64,000 nt of DNA from Lingula anatina (taxonomy: Eukaryota > Animalia > Brachiopoda): positions 18,666,848 to 18,730,847 of the forward strand of contig CM120643.1 of assembly GCA_051362555.1 (NCBI GenBank), given 5' to 3'. This document shows, piece by piece, positions 24,922 to 38,160 of the stretch (position 1 is its first letter; each line of letters opens with the position of its first letter). Made by a program: the position numbers and the translations under genes. The notes beneath the pieces were generated by a model. That model made no database searches and was not told the DNA's origin. It worked only from the letters and a program-made list of their open reading frames with translations.

Positions 24922-26799
24922 CTTATGTGACTGAAGGTTTTGTTTTTTTGTACTGTTTTGATAACATGTACTTGTGGCTTATGTATTGTAGATCTGATCG
25001 AAAAACTGTGTGGATTTATTGAGCAAGTCAACCGGGAAATTAACAATATTACTGTTGTCGCATGAAGTGGCACCAACTTAAATGATCTAGTTGTTCATTA
25101 AGTTCCTACCAGACACTTGCGATCAGTAGATCGACTGTTACTTAAACCTGAAAGAAATGCGCCTTTAAACTCATGGGGACATCCCTTTTAAGTCAGCTGG
25201 TCCAGTGGGTATATGCTACCAATTTAAATCCACTCAATTGAATTAACTCATAATTTTAAAAAGGAGTTCAAAACCTTTTCAGGAAATGTTATTAATTATT
25301 ATCTTAATTGTAATTGGCTTTATGTTAGGATTTGGTAGTTTTTTTTTGTACTGTACATGAATCGACTGACAATTTTAAAAATGATTTTGACACATCTTTT
25401 TAGGAAATGTATTTATTTATTATCTAAATAGTAATTGGCCTTATGTGAGGATTAGATTGTTTTTTAATCTACAATGTTAAGCTTTTTAAATATTTTTTAC
25501 ACATCTTGGTAATTATTATCTTAGGTTGTTGTTTTATGTAGAGTTTACTGAATATTTTAAATGGATTTTAGACATTAAGGATTATTATCATATATTATGT
25601 CTTTGTTGCATCAATGGATATTTTAACCGAAATGAAGTAGAAATAAGTGCAACACTGTAGTCGTATGGACGTTTCTTGTGTCATTCTTTTCATTTTAATA
25701 TTGTTAATATGTAGTGTAAAGTTTAAATTGCTGGAAGAATCTTTAAAGCTGTTAAAGCGCCAATATTTGGACCAAATGTTTAACTTGAATACTAGTCCAA
25801 TACGGTCCTCACTGGCGGATCCAGAATTCTGATAAGGAAGTGGAGAAGAGGTCACAAAGAAAATAGTTTTGCATACTGAATTGCACAGTAGACGAAGACA
25901 ATTTTACATTGTGAAAAATACAAAGGAGGTAATGTACAGGGTTTGAAAATTGTTTTGTTTTAAGGTGAGGGTGAAGGGTGTGAACTTCACAAATAATGTT
26001 GAGGACACGTCATCTTGAAATCAGAAGTTATCATAGTTCTAAAACCGTACAAAATGGCACCGTTCGACCTCTAAAATAAGAATTTTTTCGGAACCCTTCA
26101 TCGGGTCCCGAACACCATGGCAAGGGAGTGGGGGGGGGGGGGGGGTCAACTTCGCATCCGCGGATCCCCCTTTCAAATAATCCTGGAACCGCCCCTAATC
26201 CCCTCCCTATCAGGAGGCTCCAATAGAAGTCTCAGTACGTTTCTTATCCTGGTCATATGCTGGATCCTTGGGTGCAGACTGAGAGTTTGGATAGTTTTTG
26301 ATCATACACATATAAAATCAGAAATAAGAGAAAAAGGTAAAAATAGACCATGTTAATAAGTATGTTAACGAGCTCGACTAATCCCACTTTTTGGATTTTT
26401 TTCAAATAAAAATGGCTACTTTTAAATTCAGTAACTATGCGCAACAAACATCAAATATCTTATACAAAGGAAATCGAAATGGTTAACCAACTCTGGTTTC
26501 AAAGAGTTAAACAACGTAATTTATCTGGCTTAATAAAAGTACCCCCCCCCCCCCCCCCCGAAAAAAAAATTGAGTGTCAAGGCTACCCATAGTTTTAATT
26601 TTACTATTACTATGCAACTAATCATTTTGCAAATTGGAGATATGAGTAGTAAAACATTGGCCTACCTAGCTTTATATAGGCCTAATCATTGAAGTAATCC
26701 AACACTTTTAATATTTTAATGTGGCTCCTAAGTGACGATACATTTTTTTTACCAAGCGGTTGACATAGAAGGGAGTTTTGACCCGCCGAATTGCCAGAA

Positions 26800-27900
26800 G
26801 GTTGGGTTTTTCCTAAGAACAATTCACAGTGTTAGACAACATCATAACCAAACAGGCACATGGGTAAAATTGCCTGGGTAGGGCCGACCGAAAGAAACCA
26901 CAACCCGAGGAGAGAGAGAGAGTTTTGATACGCCTTCCTCGCAGAAAACGTTTCATGACTTTTGAGGAACTCGGCTGCAACAATTAACAAGAAATGGACA
27001 CACCATGTCTCTGAGTATACCGTCAGAAGACGTCGCCACCATCGCCGTTATTTCAGCAGGGTTAATTTCTGTTAGGAGACCGGTGACCACTGCCAGTAAT
27101 CGTCTACGGAGTCAGATGTACTGGAACTCTGGCATGGACACCAGCCAATAGCTGGGCATTGAGTATACCGTTCGGGTGAAAGCAGGTGAAGCGTTGTCAG
27201 AATTTATGGAATCTGGAGAACAGCTGCTAAAAGTACCTTACCAATTGTCTGCCTCTGGTCGACAGGCCCACCCCACCTAAGTAATGAGTAGGATGTTTTG
27301 GCTACTTTTGTGCAGGCGAGCTGGCAGTGGTTAACGGGAACCTTAGTACAGGCCCTTGCATCCATGCAAGTACTGGAAAGGAAGCTCTGTCGATAATATC
27401 TTTGGGAACTCTGATCATCCATTTCTGTTTCACCATGATACTCCACATATAACCAATGCAACAGAGGGCCGGTTATATGCCAATCAGATCCAGACCCTCT
27501 AATTGCAGCTCAATCCCTAGATGAGAATCTCATTAAGAATGTGTAGGATATCCCTGGAAATGGATGGGGCCGTAGCGATAGTCCGAAGGTTCATTGGTCC
27601 GAATGTTCACTATAGAACCTTCGGACCAATGAACCCTTGATTAAAAAATCGATGAAAATGTTAGGCCTACCACTTTTCGGACCAGTGAACCTTCGGACCA
27701 ATGAACCTTCGGACTATCGAGACGCCCCCAAATGGATAACTGACCAAACAAAAATGATTTGATTCTATCTTAATTTGCACAGTATGTGAAAAGCCATCAC
27801 TGTGCAAACTTTTCAGATTTTTTGACTCCATGCACAGACGCGACAGATGCGTCCTCCAATCCTGACGATTGGAGGACGTATTAGCCTATATGAAATACTA
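26800..27900 (+). mobile_element. Decayed Tc1-like transposase remnant
   Basis: Fragments GRPKETTTR.E..LIRL.RRKRF (Tc1 GRP-type N-terminus) and AQSLDENLIKNV.D (cf. SPDLNPIENVWD), disrupted. Boundaries approximate. Confidence 0.55.
27566..27729. mobile_element. MITE with 8-bp target-site duplication, nested in the Tc1 relic
   Basis: Subterminal inverted repeats CGATAGTCCGAAGGTTCATTGGTCCGAA / TTCGGACCAATGAACCTTCGGACTATCG, flanked by AAATGGAT at 27558-27565 and 27730-27737. Confidence 0.85.
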
Positions 27901-28212
27901 AAATGTGACTTTAATTTTTACTATGGTTAGTTTATCAATTGGTTGTAAAATTTGTAAAATTTCTAGAAGTTTAATAAAGAACATCGGTTCATTACATGCT
28001 TTCCTGTATCACTTCACGCATTGCATTAGAGTGACACTTTTTTTGCTCGGGGAGTAAATGTGCGACTGTGTAGATCTGAGAGGGTCCATTTCTCATTGGG
28101 ATGTAAACATACACGAGCGGACTTCGGTCTCGGTTCGCACAGGACATTTCGACTCTTCGACATTGAAAAATGAATGTACTGAGTGAAACAAAGCATCTTG
28201 CAAAAGGTAAAC

Positions 28213-28217
<5 letters not shown>

Positions 28218-28260
<43 letters not shown>
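28218..28260. repeat. (TA)n microsatellite
   Basis: Seen directly. Confidence 0.95.
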
Positions 28261-28264
<4 letters not shown>

Positions 28265-28279
28265 AATAACTCTGTGGGT

Positions 28280-28443
28280 CAGGCCCGTAGCCAGCAATTT
28301 CAAAAGGGGGGGGTTCGCTTTCTGAAAAAGTGGACCTTTTTCCATAAAAACTTCATGTACCTAGATCAAATTTTACCCAGAGTGGACCTTTTCCCAGGAA
28401 AAAGGGCGGTTCTTTCGAACCCCACCCCCCGGCTACGGGCCTG
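28280..28443. mobile_element. Short MITE-like element
   Basis: TIR CAGGCCCGTAGCC...GGCTACGGGCCTG, with GGGT on both sides. Confidence 0.7.
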
Positions 28444-29565
28444 GGGTTAACTGCTAAAGGTTGCGAAGTCTCTAAGAGTTTTGCTTCGGCATGTTGCTTA
28501 ATTTCACTTTTCGACTGTTCAGTGCTACAATGTACTCACTCACCTCACGCAGGTATATTTAAGGACTCCACAGTTCACTCTGTGTTACCTCAGTTTTTGG
28601 TCGTTCTTTGGGTGGTTTTAAGCAGTGAAGATGGGGTGAAGGTGATTGCTGAGCGTGGAGAGGACTTGGAAGGGAGTTATTATGGGTAGGAGCACGACTG
28701 TCGCCTTGATGCATGGGTAAATTAAAGTAGTAAATATATACTTGCCGAATAGTAAAAAGCAGTTGTATTCAAATTATTTGAAAAAGTCATCATTGTATGC
28801 TTTCACGCTGCTAATGAAAGCCCTTTGGTATGAACATGCAAAAGGCCAAAGTTTTAATTGCAGAGGGAAAAGTTTTCCAAGGCACAATAGGGCACAGTAA
28901 CAGCTTGCATTACCGCCCCCCTTCCTTCACCTGACTGTATATCCTTTCACTACTTTTCAGTGTTGTATATATATGTACAGGTTTGGTTGCAACTTTGTGG
29001 ACTATCAAACATGCTAACAAATGCCATGTAGCTCTGATTTAAAAGAAAGAAAGTATACACCTCTGTAATACACACTTGTCTTTTTTCTCAATTACTATAA
29101 TAGTAGGCATATATTAAACTGTATACTCAGTATATAAAATGTTATTTATTTAGCAGGCCTACAACCAGGGGTGACATGTGGCTAGGGGGTTCCAAACAAC
29201 TGCCCTTTTTGCAGGGAAAAGCTACTGTAGGTCTGTCCTTGATCTAGATACACACAAGTTTCATGGTAAAATATCCCTTATTTCAGAAAATACTCTGCCG
29301 CTTTAATATTGCTGGCCATGGGCTTGACAAGAGTACTAGATACTAACCTATCATATGTTCAACAATCCACAGAAGAATCCCCTAGTTAAATTTGTACTTC
29401 TGTCACAGCAGATAAGGCAGGTCAAAAAGTAATGCTACCATATCCACTGCTAGAAGACCAAGAAGTTACTCATGAACTAAATAAGTGGAGCAAATACCGG
29501 TACCAAAGACAAACCACCAGTTCAAGGGAGATGGTGTAATTTGCTGAGCTTGATTATGTGCACAT

Positions 29566-30833
29566 CAGTGTTTCCCCTGGCTTTCAAGCTCTGCGAGGTG
29601 GTAGGCAGTCCGCGATCCCAGCAATACTAGGGGGGTCCGGGGGCATGCTCCCCCGGAAAAATTTTTAAATCGAGGTGCAATTTGGTGCATTTTAGGGTAT
29701 TTAGAACTGATTTTTTTTACATTTTATGTGGCACTGAATTGTCTTGTTTTAGATGTTTTGAGGAGTAAATTCAGTAATGACATAACAAAGGTTTGGACAA
29801 AATTTATTTTCCAGTCTGTGCATTCACTCAGTTTAGTCCTTTTCAGTTTATAGAACATACTCTTTCAAAAAAAAAAAAAAAAAAAGTTAATACTTTCAAA
29901 AAAAAAAAAAAAAAAAAAGTTAACTACTTTAATACTTACAAGAAACGAGAGAAAGGGCTTACTACATTGAATTATTTTTAAATGGTCAATTGACTTTGCG
30001 TGTGGGAGCGCTTCATCCTAATATAAAACTGCCGCAAAAGTTCTCTCTCTTGTCGTTCAGCGCAAAGCGACTCCCGCTACTAGTTATACGTAGTTTGAGA
30101 TGTAATTTATAATCAACAACTTCAAACACCGTTAAATGAATGCTTCGGAATTAAAGAGATGAAAATCACACTTATCATCAATTTTAGTTCTTCTTTTATT
30201 CATTTATATGGTTCTATTCAGTCATGGAAATTCATATTCAATGCATAGGTTTCCACGCGAAATACTGACGTGTTCCAGTTTTACAACGCTACTGCTTTCA
30301 CAAAACTCACCCGTAAATCCATAGAAAATCTTCTCCAAGTTTATAAATCAACGAAGTCCACTTTATTTGCTCCTTTTTTATCAGTGAATATTCGTAAACT
30401 ATAAAAACAAACAACAGGCGGTCTGAATTTCGGAACATGAAGTGATAGAGAAAGTGTATTCTTGACACGTGATTAAATGGTGTCAAGAACAGTTGCCTCG
30501 TTTCGCTCTGTTTCTTATACTTCAAATAAGGCACAGAACTGCGAAAACGAGGCACTCACAGGGAGATAGTAACTGCTGGTTATTTTTAGGCATACGCGCA
30601 TGCGTCTTTCCGTTACTACTAAATCAAGTGCTCAGGAGCATGGGATTACGTATGTAAACAGAAAATGCCATATTTGCTCAGAAATAAATATAATTTTCAG
30701 TTAGCATGAGTGAAAATATACTTTGTTGTTCCATTTAGTCCAGCGAGGCGGTGCTTTTGACAAATTTCAGCGAGGCGCTTGCAAATATCATCGAGGCGGG
30801 CGCCTCGCTCATTTAAGTGCAGGGGAAACACTG
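29566..30833. mobile_element. 1.27 kb non-autonomous DNA transposon
   Basis: Perfect TIR CAGTGTTTCCCCTG / CAGGGGAAACACTG, subterminal CGAGGCG repeats, CACAT directly flanking both ends, no transposase ORF. Confidence 0.8.
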
Positions 30834-31237
30834 CACATTAAGTCAAACATCGTACATTAGACCTTTATATAGCCAAATAAAAACATAAGTAAATAAATAA
30901 ATAAAATGATTATAGGTAAGATTGATAATTTATGAATAATAATTAAAAATGATAATAAAGAGATAACAAAAACAAAAATAGAGAAAGATTTTTCATGGAA
31001 AAATCCAACATTATTGTCAGTTAAGGCAAACCCTATCCAAAGTTATTTTGAAAATAACAATTAATTCTTGAAGATTAATTTAATTCAAAAATAAAATTCC
31101 ATAATATAAATTAATTGTATTGTATTGTATTGTATTTTGCCTAATTGTTGTAGGTCCATACTCTCAGGGTGTTTTCTAGCTAGTATCACAACTTATGATT
31201 ATAATAATGATAATAGTACATAGTATTACAATTTCAG

Positions 31238-33898
31238 GCTCAGCATTACCTCCACTGACTCCAGGAAGACTGAGGCTGTATAGTATGAAATTTTGCCCCT
31301 TTGCACAGCGAACAAGACTGGTTCTGGTACATAAGAACATCCCGTAAGGCAAAAAGAATTGTTTAAAGGCATGCAATTTAAACCTTTATATAACACAAAA
31401 TAAAAATAAAAAATCCTGGCAGTTTCTGCAATTTTTTCTTTGTCACCAAAATATACTACCTTAGACATTAAGAACATTAACATCTTTAATTAAGCCTGTT
31501 TTCGAGTTCTAAGTTTTGCTGCCATAAGAGAACTTTGTGTGGCTCAATTGAAAACTGTAACCTTTTTAGACCAATAGTTACTATGTTATACTATTGTAGA
31601 AAACCCAGAAGTTTGGTCCAAAAGTTCACAACGACTGAAAAAAAATTAAGAAACAGGGACCCAGTATATTTTGACCCTTACTGAAATTGACCTATACTAT
31701 ACTGATGTGATCATTATTTTGCTTCAGCCATGAAGTGATTAATGTCAACTTGAAGCACAAACCCAAGTGGTTGTTTGAAAAGAATCCAAAAGGACTGGTG
31801 CCAATACTGGAGCAAGACAACAGGATTGTGTTCGAGTCTTTGATATGTGATGAATACCTAGAGGACATGTACCCAGAGAAGCCTCTCAGACCCAGTGATC
31901 CATATATTAAGGCCAGGCAGAACATTTTGGAAGGTTACTTTGAGCAGGTAAATCAAATACTGGGTAGCGCAGCACTCATGCAGTTGGCTTTGTTATTAAT
32001 TAGAACCTTCTCTGATCAGTTCTACAGGGTGGTCCATAAATATGATCTATTTTACTTTCCATCTCAGTTTAAATGGGCATACAAAGAGGCTTTAGTTGGA
32101 AATGATACACAAAAACAGGGCTTTCAAAACATCAAACACTCCAAATAAACAAGATCTATTTCAAATTCAACATCATACACGCACCCAGTCTGAGAAAAAA
32201 AAAAAAAAAGGAACTAGAAATCACATTTACACCCCCACATCTAATGGTGATGATTATATAAGACAAATGATTTTAGACACCATACTTGTGTCATCTCAAC
32301 AACTATGATATAGCACTCTTCCTCAGTTTGTATGCCCCTTTAAAATACATGTGTAGGTCGTTTGTTTATAGACCACCCTGTATAGTATGTAATGAAGCCT
32401 GTACTTCTGATCTCATGGGAGCTACTAGTAACACAGTAGACCAATCCCCCTCTTAGCTCTGGAAGCATAGGTATATAGGTTCAACAAAACATGACAAACT
32501 AGAAAAGCACTCAGAGAGCGCAGACCTCTGCCAAGGCAGCAATTTTTGATTATTATTGATTATTGATTGATTATTGATCCGGATCACCACCAAAAACTAA
32601 TCATCTCTTCCTTGACCCACTTCTGACAGTTCCTGAAAATTTCATCAAAATCGGTCCATAACTTTTTGAGTTATGTTGATGACAGACAAACAGACAAACA
32701 AACAAACAGACAGACAAACGGGTGAAAACATAATCTCCTAGGCGGAGGTAATCATTGTAATACTGTCACTGTGTCCTACATGCATCTGTTATTATCATAA
32801 GTGAAATTGTCCTCGTCTATTATTTTACATTTGTTTTGAGAAGGGAAGCAAGTTTTTGCCCTTTTGCCCCCTCCCAACACATACCTCCAAAAAAGATATA
32901 TCTGTATCTGACAGTTAGGCTTCGTTCACATGCAATGTCTATTTTCTAAATTCTATTTTCTATTTGCGGTATGTCTTATGATCACGTTCTGTGCCCTGAA
33001 TTTCCCGCCGCGTAATTACTGGCAGCGCGAGCCAGTTACTTATAGTAACTTATAGTAACTCACCCGGCTGCCAGTAATTACGCCGCGGGATATTCAGGCC
33101 ACAGAACGTGATCATAAGACATACCGCAAATAGAAAATAGAATTTAGAAAATAGACATTGCATGTGAACGAAGCCTTAGTGTTTATCACCATTTTCCTGC
33201 GACAACTTCAGATGTCTCACATGCCTTTTTTTTTGCCATTCCAGATCTGAGCCTTTACCTTGAAGTCCTGTCACATGCTATATATCTTTTGTATATTTTT
33301 ACAGGTCCTTCGTAGCCTGTACAGCACTATGTTTACAAGGAACCCCGAGAAGAAACTGAGGGGAAGGGAAAATTTACTGAAATCCCTGGAGATATATGAA
33401 ACTGAACTGGAGGGGAAATTCTATGGAGGTATAAGTCTGAACTGAGAGTCAAGTTGGTAAATGTGGGCATGAATTGACTTGGTATCACCAATAGCCATGA
33501 CATGGATTGACTTGTTAGACTTTGTTGTTGGAGCAGTGTAATAGGACTTTACAGAACTCTGAGTTTTGTTGTTTTTTAATAAAAAATGTTTTTGTAACTT
33601 TTTTGATATTTTTTCCAATGATTTTGACCAATTTTGACCATTTCTAGGTGATGAAGTTGGCATGCTGGACTTTCACTTGTGGCCATGGATAGAGCGTATC
33701 TACACCATATCACACATCACAGGGCTAGAATTTTCTCCGGAAAAATTTCCCAAGATGAATGCTTGGATCCAAAGGATGTACCAAACACCCGCAGTCAAAG
33801 CCACAGCTCTGCCAGGAGAGGTACATGCTGCCTTTTTGAAGTCATTAATGGACAGATCCCCTAACTATGAGATAGAGGTACCAGCTTCCCGACTGTGA
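31238..33898 (+). CDS. GSTO1: Glutathione S-transferase omega class; exons 31238-31343, 31728-31947, 33305-33428, 33648-33898; first coding exon not resolved
   Basis: [30 protein letters not shown] (omega CPFA active site), [31 protein letters not shown] and [13 protein letters not shown]. All splice phases are consistent. The symbol denotes the family; 1:1 orthology is not shown. Confidence 0.93.
32497..32752. mobile_element. Non-autonomous Helentron/HINE-like interspersed repeat in a GSTO intron
   Basis: Asymmetric inverted repeats ACCTCTGCCAAGG (~32525) / CCTAGGCGGAGGT (~32737), internal (GACA/AACA)n microsatellite and ATTG-type repeats. The class assignment is inferred. Confidence 0.5.
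32918..33175. mobile_element. Near-perfect palindromic MITE, PIF/Harbinger (Tourist)-like
   Basis: The 258 bp element folds back on itself (GGCTTCGTTCACATGCAATG...CATTGCATGTGAACGAAGCC) and is flanked by a TTA duplication at 32915-32917 and 33176-33178. Confidence 0.9.
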
Positions 33899-36800
33899 TG
33901 AATGAGGCAGATGTCAGCCATAATTGGTTGTATGCAGTGCTCTTTTCCTCCACCTTGCACTGGAAAGACTGTCTACAGAGAGTAGAAATTTAAGTTTAAT
34001 GCAAGTAAAAAGTCGCATTGTTCACTTTTTACATATTAAATTGTGGGATGCAAAATCATTGCATACAACCTCAACTTGATTTACAACGAGGTGAACTTAT
34101 CCCAGACTGCAATTTTGTGTAATACAATAGGCATAGGGGCATTGGCTAAATTGCTAAATAAATGGCTGCATTGGAGCTTGCACCAGGTATTTTAAAAATG
34201 AAATTGACCAATGGTTTATAAGGCAAAAAGAGATGAACTATGGGCGTGAAAGTCCCCATAAAATGGAGAGTCAGTAACAGAGCATGTTTTCAAAACTTTA
34301 CTGCTGTGACAGGAATGGTAGTCTTAAAATCGGAAGTACAGGGTCCCATTTTATTAGTACAGGTTAGTATATGGGACGAATGTCACCTGTACAAAGTAAT
34401 GGGGAACGTGCTATGGTTTTTAGCAGACTACCATTCCTGTGACATTGGCATTTAGCATGGGGCCATTGTTTTAAATGTCACTAAGCACAAAAATCAATGT
34501 GGTTATGGTCATTTATACCAACAGAACACCATTATTTAAAAACAACAGTATTATGAAGCCACTGTAGTATTCTGATTTAAGGCAGTTGATTCATGACACC
34601 AATTTTTTCCAACAGCATTAATTTAGTAGATAGAAGATAAGTAGGAACAAAGTAGATCATTATTATGAGCAGTCAGGTGGGTCTTAAGAGTTAATACCTA
34701 ACAGATTAGATAAAAAGAAGTATCTTATAAAACATTAGCTCTGATTTTTAACTAACAATGAATCATTTGGTAAGTGTTTTGAGTGATAATTCATTCCCAA
34801 TCATGGAGGCCACCTTGATAAAGTTTTTTTTTTTGCCTCTGCCTTAAATTGCAAAAGTTATATTTTATGGAGCTAGACTCTTAGTTGATAAAAAAGTATA
34901 TAAACCATTATATATAAGACAATGAAAATGAATATTTATTTTGTTTTTAACATAGATTCCTGTCTTACACTTAATGTTGCTATGGTAACCATGTTTTGAT
35001 GTTATCTAAAGCTGTGATGTAAATTATTTTTTCATGAACCAGATGTTTGAAGGTTATTTTTATATGGAATGCAATCTAACATGTTCATTATATAGAACCT
35101 GATGAAATTACGTATCCTCATCTATGTTGCAAAATTTAAATGAATTTAGACTATCTACTTACAAATAAAATTTTTACAATTTGGAAGATTCCATTTATTT
35201 TCTAGCCAACAGTCATAATAAAAATTTCACAGCTGTCTTTACACTGTCAGAATTTAAAGCTAAATTACCAAAATAAATAAATAAATAAAATAAAGAAAAT
35301 TACAGCAACAGAATATCTTCAAAAACTAGTGGAATGTAACAATGGAAACTTTTTATTCACATAAAAAAGTAACAGAAATTTTGTTTTTTCATTTGTACCA
35401 GCAGTAACAGAAATTTAATCTACCATCAAAACAAATCTTGAGTTTTAAAACTTTTAATAACATCTATACTTATCATTTGCATAATAGATATGAATGTGAA
35501 CTAGAAACATTCACTAGCAGTATATGTAGACCATACCATAAGATGAGAAGTGGTCTGAAAATGAGAATGTTTTGTTTTGCCAGCATTCACCCGCAAAGGT
35601 GTGTTGGGATGTGGGGAATTACCAGATCTCTATACCGGGGTCTTGTATTATAGCAGTAATGTTAAATAGCATAAGGCCTGAGGAAGGCCAATGTTTTTTC
35701 AGCTAACAAAACAAATTTTCCGTTCAAAAGCCTCACTGCTTAAAAAAGTGAATGAATGGTACATTACAATGATATGGGTGAAATTGTAAAAACTGAAAAC
35801 CCTGAAAACTAGCTTGCAATTTCTCATTGCATTAAGCATGTGGGAAAAAAATGAGAGTGCAAGTCCTGAAATCGGTCACAGTCCTGAAAACTGTAAAATA
35901 TGCAAGGAGTCATATTTAATCACAAATGAAAACAGTACTTGAAATCAGTAACTATACAATGACCCATTATTAGTTTCTACAGCATGGACTAACACACCAA
36001 TATGTCATACACTTTACTTGTATTGCTTATATAAAAATATGAAATATTTATTTTTAAAAAATCAGTAAACATGTCAGACCAATTCCACAAGGGGGTTCTT
36101 AGTCTTGGTCAAAACCATTGATGTGAATGAATTTGTGCATTTTTTGCCTAAGGTCAAGACCTGAGCATTAAGATGACATTGAAAACACTGGGGTACATAA
36201 CATGTGTGATGCAGTCTACTTTTGTGGTTCATATCAAGAATTGGTAATACATTCTTGTTCATATTTACAACACCTTTTAAGAGTATTTAACAGTTATAAA
36301 AGCATAATTAATACAATGCACACTATACCACGACAGTACTAAACAGTGAAAAAGTTTTTTTTTTCTGAAAATTTTAATGATATCTGCTCATTCACCAAGG
36401 TATACCATATTAACCAAGCTGGTTGAGATAATTATGGGTTTCAACACAGTTTTCAAATGTTAAATCTATTTTCACTTTCACCATTGAAATTCACCATTCT
36501 GCAATCTTTTTTTATGAGGCAGACACAAAAATATTTAATTTTCGAACTGAAAAAAAGTTTTTTAAATTGTCTTATGTAAATAGGATACGGAGTACCTTGG
36601 TGAAGAAAGAAAAAGTGTGAAAATTATCTGGAAAATAATGCACAATGCATGCTTTTGACTGCATTTAGCAGTTGTAGTTATGCATCAAACAAAACCAGCC
36701 ACTAGCTGACAACAAAATATTCCCATGCATATACATAAAAACCTATGGTCCTCATGTTGGATTCAGCAAAATACCTAAAGATTTCTAAGTGGCCTTCTGA

Positions 36801-38160
36801 AAAAAGTTTTTGATTTTATTCATCTGTACTTCTGGTTACACTCAACATAACATTGAATGTCAGAAGAAATGCAACAAAACAAGTTAACCACACCAGTCCC
36901 TGTGTTCTTATCCCCTCTTCTGCCTCCTGTAAACAACAAATCCGTGACTTTAAAAAGTTGATTTTGATGCTCTCTGCCAAAACTCACCTACGGGGCTGTT
37001 TCATTAAAGGACTTTTGATCAGTCAAAAATTATCATAGCAAACACTGTTTTCAAACTTAGTAAACTAAGTCGTATGTCATCAAAAATCTTAAGATCACTT
37101 CTCTTAGTCACGACATGAGCCTAGTGAGTTTTACTGTGAACAAATTGTTTGAAAAACTCGTTTGAAAACATCTCTTACACTTATGCTGTAAATCCAACTT
37201 ACGTAGTCAGATATCCAAGTTTAGCAGTCTAAGCTAAACCTAAAGAATTGAGAGTATATTGAAAAACAGAATCCTTGACACTTCTGTGAGGCATCTTCAA
37301 AATTAGCTAACCCATTTCTCATGTAATAGCGTTAATTAGGTTTTGGCAATCAAGCAACAGACAAGGGAGGCCATTTCCATAGCTTTCTGTGACAGGAGTG
37401 AAAAATACTGCTTTGATTTTTTTTTCACAATGATGTCAATGGAATGTTTTAACATGTGAAAAATTCAGGAGGATTCAATACTTTTTTCAATAATATAACT
37501 ATGCTAAATTTTGCCCTTCCAGTCATTCCTTATAACATTTGAATGACTTGTCAGAATATTCAAACATATACCTGTCTTGAAGTTCACTTTCCTTAAAAAG
37601 TTAACTCTCATTAAATTCCCTTCTTGTCCCAGAAAAAGTGCTCTAATAAATTCAGGAGTGAAATAAATTCATAAGTAAAACATTTTTCAAACTTCTGAAG
37701 CCAAATTTTACATAAAAAGTACTTCTTGGCTTCATTGCATCTTTCACACCATTACCACCTCTTATATCTTCAATGATATTATTAATAATACAGTAATTAC
37801 TAAATCTTTTCAATGGGGGGAAAATTGTGAATTTTACAGATGTTGTATTTTTTAAGTTGTAATTTCTTAAAATTAGAACATTTCCATTCAGTGGTAGCAA
37901 AAAAAAAAAAAACTCTATATGTCTATTCTATGTATTAAAATCACCACAAATGCTATATAGAAATATGAATTTCCTGAATAATGTATCTAAAAGTTTGATC
38001 ATTTTCGCCCATTTAAAAAGATCAAGCAGTTACTGTACTTACTGATAATTACACATTAATAAAACATTTTAAATGTTCCATTGCTTTCAGATAAAGCATT
38101 CAAGTTTTTCATCCACACCCAATCAGATCAGGAGTCTTTAATGTTTCTTATATGTTTTTT

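Noticed and set aside
25810-26196. Possible MITE (GGCGGATCCAG...CTGGAACCGCC)
   Set aside because: Inverted termini are short and degenerate with no TSD; too weak to list as a feature.
34000-38100. Short ORFs between GSTO and ENY2
   Set aside because: AT-rich, no coherent exon chain or recognisable motifs; probably 3' UTR and intergenic sequence.
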